Shown here: positions 37,301-49,345 of the stretch, one piece after another | Layout: each line of letters begins with the position of its first letter | Numbering within the stretch: the stretch's first letter is position 1 | DNA from: Takakia lepidozioides | Lineage: Eukaryota > Plantae > Bryophyta | DNA: 64,000 bases | Direction of reading: 5' to 3' | Assembly (NCBI GenBank): GCA_030704615.1 | Contig: CM060732.1 | Coordinates: 20,708,001-20,772,000, forward strand | Position numbers and translations under genes: made by a program | The notes under the pieces: model-generated | Databases searched by the model: none | Told to the model about the DNA's origin: nothing | What the model saw: only the letters and a program-made list of their open reading frames with translations

Positions 37301-40300
37301 CAGAAAATGAATACTGTCTTCAGATTGCCCACACAACGGGCAATTGCACTCTCCCTTTCCTCTCTGCTTCTGTTTGCTGTTCAAAGGTAGGCTTCCTGCC
37401 CTGAGTTTAAATTTCAGTCTAGTGCCGAGAGTGGGTAGACCCTTGAGGTCATCCAAGATGTCCTCCCCCACGTCACAGACTAGAAACAAGTTCAGGGAAG
37501 TTTTCTGCCTAACTTCATTTTCATCAGACAATCTCATGGCAACAGACATGGCTGAGGACACGACAGCCTCTAAGTCAGATTTATCCAGCAGGGTCAAGAC
37601 TTGCGGATCCAGGTCCAGGTCCTTGAGGATCTCTTCTACTCTCTTCTGCCAGGACTTAGCCTGTTTGACAGGGCGGTCCTGTTTCCAAGATATAGAGTCG
37701 ATTAACTTAGGATATCTGGTGTTGGGCATATGTTGCAGCTGACCCCACCATCTGACCTTGAATTCATCTCGTCGGGAGCTTAAGGACGGAATGCCAAACT
37801 CACCCCGAACAGCCACATTGGCTGTTTTGGAGCATGCTGACATACACTCCTTAAGCACCCCCACTTGAATGGATTCTAGAGACTTAGCCTGGTTGGAGTT
37901 ATCAACCCATATAGCAGATCCGTACTCCAAGGCAGGTCTAATAACGCGACAAAGCATGGTTTTCTTGACCTCAGAGTTGACCCCTCTGCAGTGGAAAAAT
38001 TTAGTGAGCCCCAGAGCTTTGCCCTTGCCAGTTTGAACAACTTTCCGGATATGTGCATCCCAATTACAATTGGAGGAGAACTCAACGCCCAGGTAAGTGC
38101 AGGAAGGGAGGACCGGGATCTCTTGGCTACCCCACTGCCACTTAAGATCACTTCCTCCCTCTCCTCTGTCGTTGAATGCTACCACTGCACATTTGCTGAC
38201 ATTAGCCTCTAGCCCCCAAAGATCAAAGTATCTCTTCGCGCAATCAATCAACTCCTGGAGATTGGTTGGAGTCTCCCCTATGCCTGCGAAGTCATCCGCA
38301 AACATAAGGGCTGGTATGGTGGTATCACCCACCCTTAACCCAAATCCCTCACTTTCCACATCCTCGAGGAGTTGATTGATGAAAACATTGAAGCGCAGAG
38401 GGGAGAGAGTACATCCTTGAGCTACACCTTGGTCTATGTCAAAGAAGTTGGACTTCTGTCCGTTAACAGTGACACAGCTTTTGGTGTGAGCATACAAGTT
38501 GTGGACAACTCTCCACATCTTTCCCTTGATCCCACAAGACCAGAGGCGTAACCATAGGCCATCTCTCCACACTGTGTCATAAGCCTTTTTGACATCCAGG
38601 AAAAAGACATAAGTGGGTTTCCCTTCTTTTTTCCTTCCCTGGATAATCTGGCTTAGAGTGAAGATATGATCCACACAGCCCCTGTTTCGCCGAAAGCCAG
38701 CTTGGCCTTCATGGAAACAACCTCTAGACTCCAGATCAACCTCGAGACGAGTACTTATAACTCTGCAGAATGTCTTGCCAACAGCATTGAGGAGCGTGAT
38801 GCCACGGTAGTTCCCCGGTTCTTCTCTGTCACCCTTCTTGTATAGATTGACAATGACCCCCTTTCGCCAGCGAAAGGGATCATTTCAGTCTTCCAGATAA
38901 GGTTAAAGAGGAGAACTAGGGCCTCTATCATGGGATCGCCACCGTGCTTGATAAGCTCGTTGACAATACCATCAGGTCCACCAGCTTTATATCCATTTAA
39001 ATGTTCAATTGCTTCCACAATCTCAGAAGAACTAATGGGAGCATTATAAGCCATTGAAATATACTTCAGTTCATCAGGGCTGTTTTGAATCATAGGAACA
39101 TTTTTTCCAACTGTGTCCCTCCATTCAGCAGAAGACCCCTCACTGTTAGACCTAGAAGTTCTGCCAAGGATACTGTAGTGAGTTTCGAAGGTTTTGACAA
39201 TGTCAACCGATGAAGTCACCACTGCACCTTTAGTAGTCTTCAGCGCTTGTACTTGCTGACCGTTTTTCGGTTTGTACAAACGTTGAAGGGCCAACCAGAA
39301 TTTCTTGTCATTACCACCATGGTAGTTTGAGTTTATTTCACTGTATAACTTGTCCCAGTATAATTTCTTCTGAGACCTAACAAGCTGATTGATATCTTTA
39401 CGGAGCTGGTAGTACCTCGCCCACAATTCTCTGTTGGTTTCCAAATTGCAGCACTCTTTATAGAGGGCTCGTCTCTCAGCTATCTTGAGTTTAATCTCAT
39501 TAGTCCACCAATTAACTGCTCTACCGCAGACAATTAGTTTCCTCCCAATGATCTTGTCAGCCACGGAGGAAACGAAACTCTCCCAAGAGTCCACTGCTCT
39601 TTCGACTTCATTTCTTGCGTTAACAGAGCATGACTGAAGTTCTTGGAGCGATTGGACAAAATGAGGGAGAGCCTCTTGCAAGGCCTGGACGTACTCAGCC
39701 TTGACCTCCTCATTGTGGAATTTTTCTATGCGCCACTTCCGAATCGAACGTTTCACAGATCTCTTGGTGGTGGGAAAACACCTTTTGATCTCAGTCCAAA
39801 CCAGGAAGTGGTCAGAGGTACCAATATCAGTTCTGTCGATCAACACATTGGCACACTGGGGGAACAAAATTTTGTCCATTATGATATAGTCCACAATGGA
39901 ACGTTCCCCAGTTTGGGGTTTCTCACGAGTCCACTGCACTTGGTCACCTCTTGTCCTGTTATTCAAGGTCAAAAGCTGAAGCTCTTCTAGACAGTTAATT
40001 AACCGTCTGCCATTAGAATTCAGCTCGTCCTCACCAAAAGGTCCAATGATATCGTCCTGATGGATCCCTTTGCCCACCCGGGCATTGAAGTCCCCCAATA
40101 GTACCACCTGACCTTTGGCAAGGAACGAAGCACAGTCCAGCTTTACATCTTCGAAGGCCTTGTCTGCATCAGCACTAAGGGTCCCCTCTGTGGGCATGTA
40201 AACACAACCAACAAAGAGGTCCTTTGTACTCATGCCGCCCTTCAAATTCAGTTTTAGCCAGATACTATGCTCGTACCTCAAACAAGAAATCACGGACAAA

Positions 40301-43300
40301 GAATCCGACCCCTTTTTGACCGCGTTTGGCAGAGGCTGCCTTGAGAGTACACATCTTACCTGCCCATTTATAACCAATGACATCTCCAACCAGTTTATCC
40401 GACGTTTCCCATGTTTCTTGCCCAGCACAGATATGAATATCATTAGTCCGAAGAACTTGTCCCACTTCAAGTTGTTTCCTTTGGTTGGTCAACCCTGAGA
40501 AGTTGAAAGTGGCCAGCCGCAAGCCAGCCCTTTGCGTGTGAATTGTTTGTCGTCTAGGTAGCTTGTGATTGCTCCTGGACGGCCAACCGTTCTGCAAAGG
40601 GGGGACAGTTACCCCATGTGTAGATTTTGCTCGTCTTGTGTAAACTTTGAGAATTGGTAAACCATTCAGGGTACCAAATCTTTCAGTTACACGACGCACA
40701 GGCTCCGCACACATAGGGGCAGATTGTCCGTCAGACTGCTTGGGGACAATTACCCCGTGTATAGATTTTGCTCGTCTTGTGTAGACTTTGAGGATTGGTA
40801 AACCATTTAGAGTACCAAATCCTTCAGGCTCTGCACACTTAGAGACAGATTGTCCATCTGACGGCTTGGGGACAATTACCCCGTGTATAGAATTTGTTCG
40901 TCTTGTGTAAACCTTGAGGATTGGTAAACCATTCAGAGTACCAAATCCTTCAGATTCAGGACGTTCAGGTTCCGTACACTTAGGGGCATCTTGTCCTTCT
41001 GGCTGTTTGGATTCAACCTCATCCAGAGCGTCAAACCGATTAGAAACTCTCAAGTTGAAGTTGTTGCCCTTGGTTGTCTTCCTAGAGCGCCCCATTGAAT
41101 CACCAATGTCTAAGACCGCTCTCCAGCCAGTCAAGGGACGAACTTCTTTGAGATTGAATTGATGCGGGACTCTATTAGAAGCACTTTTGGTCATTGCAAC
41201 CTTCAATGTACCCCTGTTATCAAGTCTCGAGATGGTACCATTAGCCATGAAATCCAAGCCTAAGCTAGAGCATGTAGTTTTAAAGGACACATCGTCCATC
41301 CTGGGATTCACCCCAAAAACTACACATGAAGCCCTAGATTTGGCATAAGTAACCAATTCCCAGGGATCACCCTGAGGAGTGTTGATGTTGATAGGAGCTA
41401 AATTTTTGATTGTTTTCGCAGGCCATAAGTTTAAGCACAGGAACCAACCCGAGCCCAAGTGCCGAGTATGCTAGACAGAGCATACGACTGCCCAATTTGG
41501 GCGGAGGGGCTGCCCCCAAGCGGTAGGAGTCCGCTTGTTACCATTCAGAGATCACACTCCAGGGAGTTGCAGGGAATGGCCCGTGTAGGCATATTCTAAA
41601 GAGGGAAAGGCCCCAAGCTTTCCAACTAAATCCAATGCACTACCTTACCTGAAGCAAAGCGCTTCAGGTCGAAACAAACAAGGACACGAGGTACAAGGCC
41701 GGCATTTAGTCACAGAGACATTAATGTACTCCCGTTTCAAGTCCACCCAATGTCAATAGGCTTCCTAGAGTCCAAGAAGAGAGACGGAAAGAAGGAAGAA
41801 CTTTAGTATGTCCACTGGAGGCCCATGTAGAACCACAGAAGACCAAAACCTTAACACCAAAGAACTACTCAAGCGTGGCACAAAGGGGGAAAGTCTGGAG
41901 CAGGTAAGAGTCGTACATTTTCTGAGTGCTGAGCCACCAGAGATTGCACAACTGCAGCCTCTGAAGATGCCTGGAACGTTGCCTCCAGAGTGCGAACCAC
42001 AACTGATGTGTCCATGCGACCCCACACACAGTCCCCTAATTGCTCCTCATCCTACCATGACACAGTTTAATGAGAATTACAAAATCCTTGCCTGTGGAGA
42101 GACCATGTCTCTTTTTTGTTTCTTTCTTTCTCATCCCATAAGCTCTTTGAGCTTCCCGCAGACTTTATGAAGTACCATTTCATTTCATTTCATTTCCTTG
42201 TTCTTTCTGTCCTTCTTGCTCTGTATATTCTGGAGAGAATCTGCAACTTTACTAGGATACTGTGGAATCATGCCATTCTGAGTCACGTACAATGGAAGTG
42301 ATTTGACAGGATAAAGCTTCTTAGGCTCAAACCTGTCCAAGATTGAAGGTAGAGTTTATCCCCTCCAGGTCGGTGTCGATGGTTCCCAGAAAGTGGTCTA
42401 TGGGATTATGATGGGAAGGACATGGGAACCCTGCATTTTCAAAATGCTGCATCCAAATTGACAACCATAGTAATGAGTGAAGCAATGCAGAGCCAGATGG
42501 GAATGTGTACTAAATTTAAACTACAGCAGCTTGTTTTCAAACTTTTATTTTACGGACTTGGCCTGACACTGTTCAAATTTATGTTCAGTAGTTGGCACAG
42601 ACTTATGAAAATATGTTCAAAAGTTGCTTGAGATGCGTGTGTACCTCCAAGGCTGCCTGGGATGGCCCAAAGAAGATGGTGACACCGTGAGCAAGAAGAC
42701 ACAACTGGTCCAGCAAGGGCCATACATGGCTGTTAGCTAGCTGCATAGTTGTTATCACTGTGCACCGTCGGTTCAGTGCCAGTTTCCGCAATGTCACTGT
42801 AATCAGTAGGCTTGCCACTCTGTGACATCCCTCAAAAGACCCAGCCCCTCTATTAGGCACCTGCACCTGACAAAGGTGTCCACCTTCCAAACGGAAGGCA
42901 GTAGTCCTTCCAGGTGAAGGGACATAATTTACGCTTGCTTCGGGAGTCAAGAGTCAACCTTTAGGCAACTATTAGTTATTCTGTTCGAGAGAGATATTAA
43001 GAAATATCTACTTATGGGATGTACTACCATGGCACTACTTTACAAGCAGGCAGTAGCCTTGTGGCCATGGACCTACGTCCTTGGTCTTAAACACCGGTAA
43101 CACACGGAATTCCATAGGTGTCGGTGTGTATGGAGAGGAGAGAAGACTATTGTTCACAGAAAGTTCCAAAAGGGAGTAGAGACAGAGGAAAAGAAAACAG
43201 GCAAAAAAATAACTGTGTTGTTGGGAGGCCCTTTCGCGAGAATGTACTCGTAATAGTTTGTTTGCCGTATCCTTATGGCCATAGACCCGGCGCCCAGTTT

Positions 43301-45395
43301 GGACCGAAACATAGAGAATAGGCAATACCTTTGTGAGGGGCTCACCCCAGTAGTGTGACTACCTCGATATAAACAATTAGTTTGGGCTTTCGAGATATCC
43401 TCTAGAAAGCCTTCACACAAGCATCAATCTGCTGTGTGTGAGCAGCCCAAAAGTTACACCCCTGCAGGACCAGGCTCAGCAAGGTTTAGGCTCAGCCTCA
43501 AGATTTTCAAAGTTGGTGAACCGAGGTGCAGGACCATGTTCTTGATGTTCCTGAAGAGGGTCACTCTCTGGTGAGAATACCCCGGACAATGTATCAGAGA
43601 ATGGATATATGGTCTTCAGGTTGCCCGCACATCGGGCAATTACTATCTCCTTTTCCTATCTGCATCTGTTATCGTTCACAGGTAGGCTTCCCACCCTGAT
43701 TTTAAATTTCAGTCCAGTGCCGAGGGTAGGTAGGCCCTTCAAATCATCCTTAAGGTCCTTTCCCATGTCACAGACTGCAAACAAGTTCAGGGAAGTTCTA
43801 TGCCTAACTTCATTTTCATCGGTCCTTCTTTGGGCATCAGACATGGCTTTGGACTCAACCCCCTCCAAGTCAGCTTCATCCAGTATGGTCAATTCTTCTG
43901 GACTTATAATTAGATACTTGTCAATGGGCCCTTTGGAGAGAGGGAGAGAAACAAACAAATTCTGCGGGCCTGAGGACAACACAGAAGAACCATAGATGAG
44001 TATTGTGGATAGGGGAAGGCAATGGGAAATGGCATACCGGTCAAGGCCATATGTTGGGTCTTCCAGAAAGAGCAGGTACGGTTTCGAGAGCAAGTGAATG
44101 GCTAGACTAAGTCGTTTTCTTTCCACTCGTGAAAGACCACCATTCCGGTGCAAACACCCAATGCGAATGCTCACCAAGTCTTCCAAGTCCATCTCTGAAA
44201 TTGATGCATCCACACGTGCAAGCTTTTTGGAAAGAGGCAGACTGCTAGGTAATTGCAATAGAGCAGAGTAGTGAAGCATTTCACGGACTGTCAAAGTTTC
44301 AATCCATTCTTCCTCTCTTCTTATGTATTCCTGCCAAAACAAACCGGCCCAGTTGTGAGATTCCTTTTAGAACAATGAGGGGACAGTTTCTGAAAATACT
44401 ATTAAGGGCAATGCAAGAGCATCTCTCTGTCTGAAACCTCTGGGCATCCATTACGGGAAAATTTGTTGAGAGGTGTCTCACATAATTGTTATACTGAAGC
44501 TGTCGTGGGCGCCCGTTGAGAAGAATCTCACCATATAGCTTTGCATTTTTGGGCAGCTGGCCTGTATCATTTCAGGGCCACCATGAGTGGAGGCTTGGAA
44601 TCCTCCTGCAAGTATCCATTTGGTAAAGTTTATACAGACTTACATTCCTGAGAGGTGAATGACACTGCTCCTCAAGCCACATCTTGAGGTGTGAGCCCCC
44701 TTCAACCTTACTTCATAGAACCTTCAGATTCTCCCCATTTTTTTTGCTTGGAGGAAGGTAGGAGGAAATTAGAGGGATGGATAATAGATACTATTGTGTA
44801 CTAATCTCCCAATTTCTCTCCTTCTCAAACAATCTGAACTACTCTAACAATTTGCCTGATTTTATTTTCAGACATTCCCTCAGAAAAACAGAATGAACAC
44901 TGCACCTGCCAAGGCCTTCAACAAGGTGTTTTTCCCTGAGCATGCTGGACCCATGATAGACAGCAAAGATCCTGGCCGACAGAACCCGGTAGCGCTCTTC
45001 AACACCTTATTGCAACCCTCCCCTCTCTTACCCCCTCCAATTGTGACTGTCAGATCCCGCCACACTAGCCTTGCACCATCCTCATTCTTTGTGGGGTGAT
45101 GGGATTCCATAGCCAGGAAGAGGGCGGCTTTGGAAACCTCCTCAGGAGGACTTGATGTAGAGCTTCTGGTCATTGAGGCTACTCTGGCAGCCGGAGGTGT
45201 ATAGTGATTCAGTTCATCCAAGGGAGGTTCAGGGAGTGGGTTGGGACAGATTACCCCCATGAGAGAATCAGGAGAGGGGCTTCGACTTTCCAAGTCCCGT
45301 ACACTACCTGGGCCTAAGGGGCTTGGGCCAGGGCCTAGCCTTTTGCATAAGAATTGAAGGTTTGGCATTCGGTCCTGGGACGCAACATCCCCCAT
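34348..45395 (-). CDS. Half-size ABCG transporter, AtABCG3/WBC3-like, degenerate NBD; multi-exon with TE-expanded introns
   Basis: ARLVWRDLTVTI..NKVLKSATGF..GPACSGKNT, LTVREMLHYSALLQLP, HFENAGFPCP (42446-42333), MDTSVVVRTLEATF (42051-41917), EGSMLESKGKA..LTWRS..RDFGYYWLRL, AGYFRLAEDLPKPVWTYP. The exons checked are in phase. Confidence 0.9.
36670..36735 (-). mobile_element. 3'-terminal fragment of a family-B-related LINE with a (CCTTT)n-like tail
   Basis: AAGCACTTTGAGCTTTGTGGTGGACATTATAAAGTTCCTTTCC matches the family B 3' end. Confidence 0.5.
36959..41458 (-). pseudogene. Single long LINE ORF (N-terminal extension, APE endonuclease, RT, zinc finger) broken by frameshifts
   Basis: LATFN..QETW, LGDFNAR, SDHFLV (APE); FLDVKKAYD, QGCTLSP, LMFADD, YLGV (RT); CPLCGQSEDSIHFLIHC. 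Frame changes near 40280 and 38870. Confidence 0.9.
40600..41000 (-). repeat. Three in-frame ~40-aa repeats (FGTLNGLPILKVYTRR..HGV.VP) in the LINE N-terminal extension
   Basis: Directly visible in ORF 40265-41458. Confidence 0.9.
42105..42197 (+). mobile_element. 3'-terminal fragment of LINE family B with (CATTT)n tail
   Basis: TCCCATAAGCTCTTTGAGCTTCCCGCAGACTTTATGAAGTACCATTTCATTTCATTTCATTT is nearly identical to the reverse complement of 58141-58205. Confidence 0.75.
43035..43110 (-). mobile_element. 3' end of a divergent family-A-related LINE (VHGHKATACL*)
   Basis: Retains TGGCCACAAGGCTAC, but the flanking sequence differs from family A. Confidence 0.45.
43242..43926 (-). mobile_element. 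5'-truncated copy of LINE family A with a degenerate 15-bp TSD
   Basis: Colinear with ~36953-37610. Flanks are GGCCCTTTCGCGAGA (43227-43241) and GGCCCTTTGGAGAGA (43927-43941). Confidence 0.85.
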
Positions 45396-48300
45396 GGTTG
45401 CATGCACAAACTTCTAAAACTTCTAAAACTTTGAGTTATTTTAGCTGGAAAGTTTGTGCATGCAAACTCTCAAGTGAATATCTGAATGCAGCAACATCTC
45501 CACCTCCATGAGTATCTCCATCAGGCCTGGCAAAGAAGTCACCAAAAACCTACCATCAGTATGGTGGAGTTTGGACATTGGAGATTGTTTTATGGCAAAT
45601 AAAAAGCAAGATGTCAGCTTCGTTTTCTGAGCAACAATTTTATCAAGTCCTTCAAGAGAGAGAGAGAGGTGTATATATTGGTCATTCTTAAAGAACAGAC
45701 AAACCAAATCGAATCTTTGACAAATTTTGCCACAGTGAAAACTCTTAGCTGTTGACGTCTTGTAGCAGCTAAGAACATGGTTCTATCCTCTCTAGATGGA
45801 GTAGGAACCCAGCTTTAAGGAGTGTACCAATCAGTCTGACAACCTGGTAGGAAACGGTCTTTGCATGCTATTGATGATTTTCTTAACTAAGAAGCAGAGA
45901 TGAAGAGAAATTTACATCAGGAAGTACCCATTATTATAATAGTTGTTGGGAGGAGGTTACTTGCAGAGATTATAGACAAGTGCTTTGTCAGTATGAGCGT
46001 AGCGTAAGTCACAGTATGGAAACCTGATCAAAGAACGTTGTGAAATCCAAAGCTAAGACTTGAGTTGTGATGGTATGATTTGTGGCAACCACCTGTCTCT
46101 CTCTCATGGAGTATGCGCGACGACCGTGAAAATTTTCGGAATAGTGCAAACATTGGTCACTCACAAACTGCAGAGGTTGCATTTCAACAGCAGCTGAATA
46201 TTTGCAGATATGCACCTCCCGTCGACAGCCTGCAAGGCTCGCAGTATCGGAGAATGCATTACAAAATGTGACTACACGATTCCAACCTTCTGTTTCGCAT
46301 TGAAGAGATTAAGAGAACGTCATCACAAAGCCCGCCAACTGATTAGCAAGTGCGCAAGTGATCTGCCCATTCTACAAATTCTTTCACAAGTCGTCACTTT
46401 TACCAGTCGTGTTCTTGGCTCGTTCTACCTTGTCCAATGGGCCCTCGTGAGACGTTACAAAGTTTCTTCCTGCGGACGTTAAAATTTCATTTCTTTATTT
46501 CTTCTCTCTCTGGACGTTATAAAAGTTCCTGTCTGTTTCTCTCATGGACACACAATGTGCGCTGTTGAAAAGCTTTAAATTACGGTACAGCTTGTCTCTG
46601 CAAAGAAGAATTGGAATGAGATTACCTCCAGTGCGCATTCGGAGAGTAAGAGTCGAAAACCCAGAGATAAACCCACATACGTCAATTGCTGCTACTCTCC
46701 CTAGTTCACCCTTATACTGCTCAGTGAGCAGAGAAAGAGACAGAGAACTGCAAGAGTGAGCTTCTCTACAACCATCAGTGTGGAAAACTCTTCAAAAGCA
46801 CAACTGCAGGGGGAAGAGAGGGAGATATTGGTGAGAGAACTCAAGCACCTCCACGTCCAAAAACCCAACAAGAAACTCTCAAAGAAACTGATTGGAGACA
46901 CAGCAATGAGACCCAACATGCAGAATTGGAAAGAGATGGAATGAGAGAGAGGAAGAGGGAGAGAAGGAAGAGAGATTGCAAGCTGACAAGTAAAACGTGA
47001 GTGTGAGTGTGAAAGTATAAACAAATAACAAACAAGTACCTACGTACTTTGTTCTGCAGCATAACTGCATAGTGCCGATGAACATCATCCGTCCATAGTA
47101 AACGTTGCTTCCATTTTACAAGTATCATTTTGTTTTCATTTTTCGAATGTAATCTTCAAAAAACAAATTCAAAACAAATTCAAAAAACAATTCTTTTCTT
47201 TGATAAAAAAGAAAAAAGTTTGTGTCAGCAGCATATTTATCCATTATTCATCTAAATTTTCATGTCCCGTTCTGGTATACGTATCTATGTGTTTAATTGT
47301 TTTATATGTACATTATAGACAAGTAAGGGAGGCGTCAAATATATATATAAAAATTTCCCCGAGTGCCACCCATGTGATTCTGGGCTCAAATCCTGCTGTG
47401 TGAATTTCTCCTCTCACTAGAATTGAGGGGATTGGGTTGTGAGCGTTCAATTCAATCTCACACGGGTTTCCCTTTTAAAAAAATAAGGAAATGTTTTTTT
47501 GTTTTTCTTTGAAGGGGATGAAGCCCGAAAACTGTTCAAGTTTGGGGGTCCCACTTTTGAGTCCCTTTTCCAAATAAAATAAAAATAAAACATATTGGTT
47601 TTAAAAGTATGTTTCTCATTGGATCACAGAACTGGCTGACAACACTGACCTAAATTTCAGGCTGAAGACAAATTAAATGTCCCATATCTGATGCAATCCT
47701 ATGTCTGATTTGCAGCAGATAATCAGTCTGCCCCCTTCTCATCCACGAAATCCGTCATCAAAACCGACGGACTCGATTGGGTGCGTGGATGGAGCTGTCA
47801 GTGGAAGGGCCCAATTATATACTAATCCACAGCAGTTTTTCCGGCAAACATTACGGGATAATAGGCATCGAGCTCTGCATGGGCTCATCGGGAAGGGACG
47901 ACGGACGGTGGCTGCCGCGCCAGAGGTGGACGGACGGAAGCGTTGACTGACGTCTGTCAGCCTGGAATTGACAGCGACGGACGACAACTGGTCTGTCACC
48001 CTCATGACGCAGCTTGGCAACAGAGACCTTTGTTCATTGTCTCCTCTCCGTGCAGCAGTCGTGCCACGCAGGGTCTGATTTCGCATGTCCCTGTACTTAC
48101 ACCAGATGAGCTCCCGCTGTTCATAAGCAAGGACCTGGGCGAGCTGTGAAGCCAACCGTTGAGCATTTCATCTGGATTTCTTTGATCTGAAGTTGAAATT
48201 TTGACACTGGTCTAAGATCTAATTGATCCAGTGTATAAGTGTTTCTGATCATGGGCTTGTGAAGAAAATTCTTTCCTTAGCATCGTTGCCAAGTTACATT

Positions 48301-49199
48301 TTAGTTTAGCCAGCTTTGAATTTTCCACGTCAATGCTAAAAGGAAACTCCATGCGGGGCTGTTCATCGACTACGGAGAAATGGATTATGGCGGAGATGGT
48401 GATACTAGCAAAACTCTTAGGTCGCTCGTGAACATTATATACCTCTGAGTCCTGCATCATCTTACCCCCGAAGTTCCACCTCATGATCTACTTGAAATGC
48501 CAGAAACGACCAATTCTTATAAACCTTCACGGTAACAGCTGTGCACCTATAGCAGAAATCGGCTCAACCTCACTCACTGCAGCAAAACTTCTATCCACAA
48601 TCCATACCACCATCCGATGAGCATCCGATGACTTTGGATACTATTACTGCTCAAATATCGTCCATGGAAAACTTTCTTTGACCAGGCTGGACAGACAGTA
48701 TTCTTTGTCGGGGCAGGATTCCAAGACAAATCCAGCACTCATCGCATGATCCATCATGAATGTGTATACTTAGCCCCACTCTTCCAAGTTACTTCGCGTC
48801 ATCTATGCATCGTTTACCTTCTCGTATACCTACTCTTTTACCCATCCATGCCGCTAGCCGGTCTTCGGCCTGACCGTTACCATCCAGATTTTCTCCATGT
48901 GGCAGATTTGAGTCACTAGGAGCCATAGTGCGCCATAGGGGGCGCGTTCCCTTGCGTAATGGAATTTTGGGGGCATATGAGGCCTGTGATTAGCTGCAGG
49001 CCATAATGAGCCGCTAAAAGTCAAACAGCCGTTTAGGAGACTCAAACTGCCGATTACGATTAGGAATGCAGAATGCGCGCCAGCAACGTGGGAGCGACGA
49101 TCTTCTGCTTCCTCATTTGCCTCAAAAAAGGCATAATCTGCCCCCAAAATCCTTCAGGGACGCGTTTTCTATACGTCCTCCAGTGTCATACATTTTATA

Positions 49200-49345
49200 C
49201 TTGGTCAAATATGGAGTGACATTCCGTGTCACCCTGGTGTCACTCCATATGATGTCATCCAATTTCGTGTCACCCCAATCTGTGTCACTCTCGGCTAGTT
49301 GACTGGCGTACCGTGCTCTCATTAAGTTCTTACATTATTCCTATT
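49200..49345. mobile_element. Second transposon terminus of the same type as 14585-14610, with subterminal TGTCACCC/TGTCACTC motifs
   Basis: Identical 26-mer at 49320-49345; about five GTCA(C/T)(C/T)C motifs at 49225-49290. Confidence 0.65.

Larger units (their letters stand above)
36953..41768 (-). mobile_element. Full-length RTEX-like non-LTR retrotransposon (family A) in an ABCG intron, 14-bp TSD
   Basis: TSD AGTCCAAGAAGAGA at 36939-36952 and 41769-41782; APE, RT and a C-terminal CCHC finger between them. Confidence 0.92.

Noticed and set aside
41595-41620. RNase P/MRP-like GAGGGAAAGGCCCC on +
   Set aside because: Imperfect match, no partner conserved region, and it lies within the TSD-bounded LINE 5' UTR.
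43656-44040. ABCG-LINE fusion protein suggested by ORF 43656-44342
   Set aside because: The ABCG exon ends at a GT donor after GLDR (~44038); the rest is intron read-through into the truncated LINE.
47700-49200. Protein-coding gene inside the element ending at 49345
   Set aside because: Short stop-riddled frames with no recognisable motif; left end not found.
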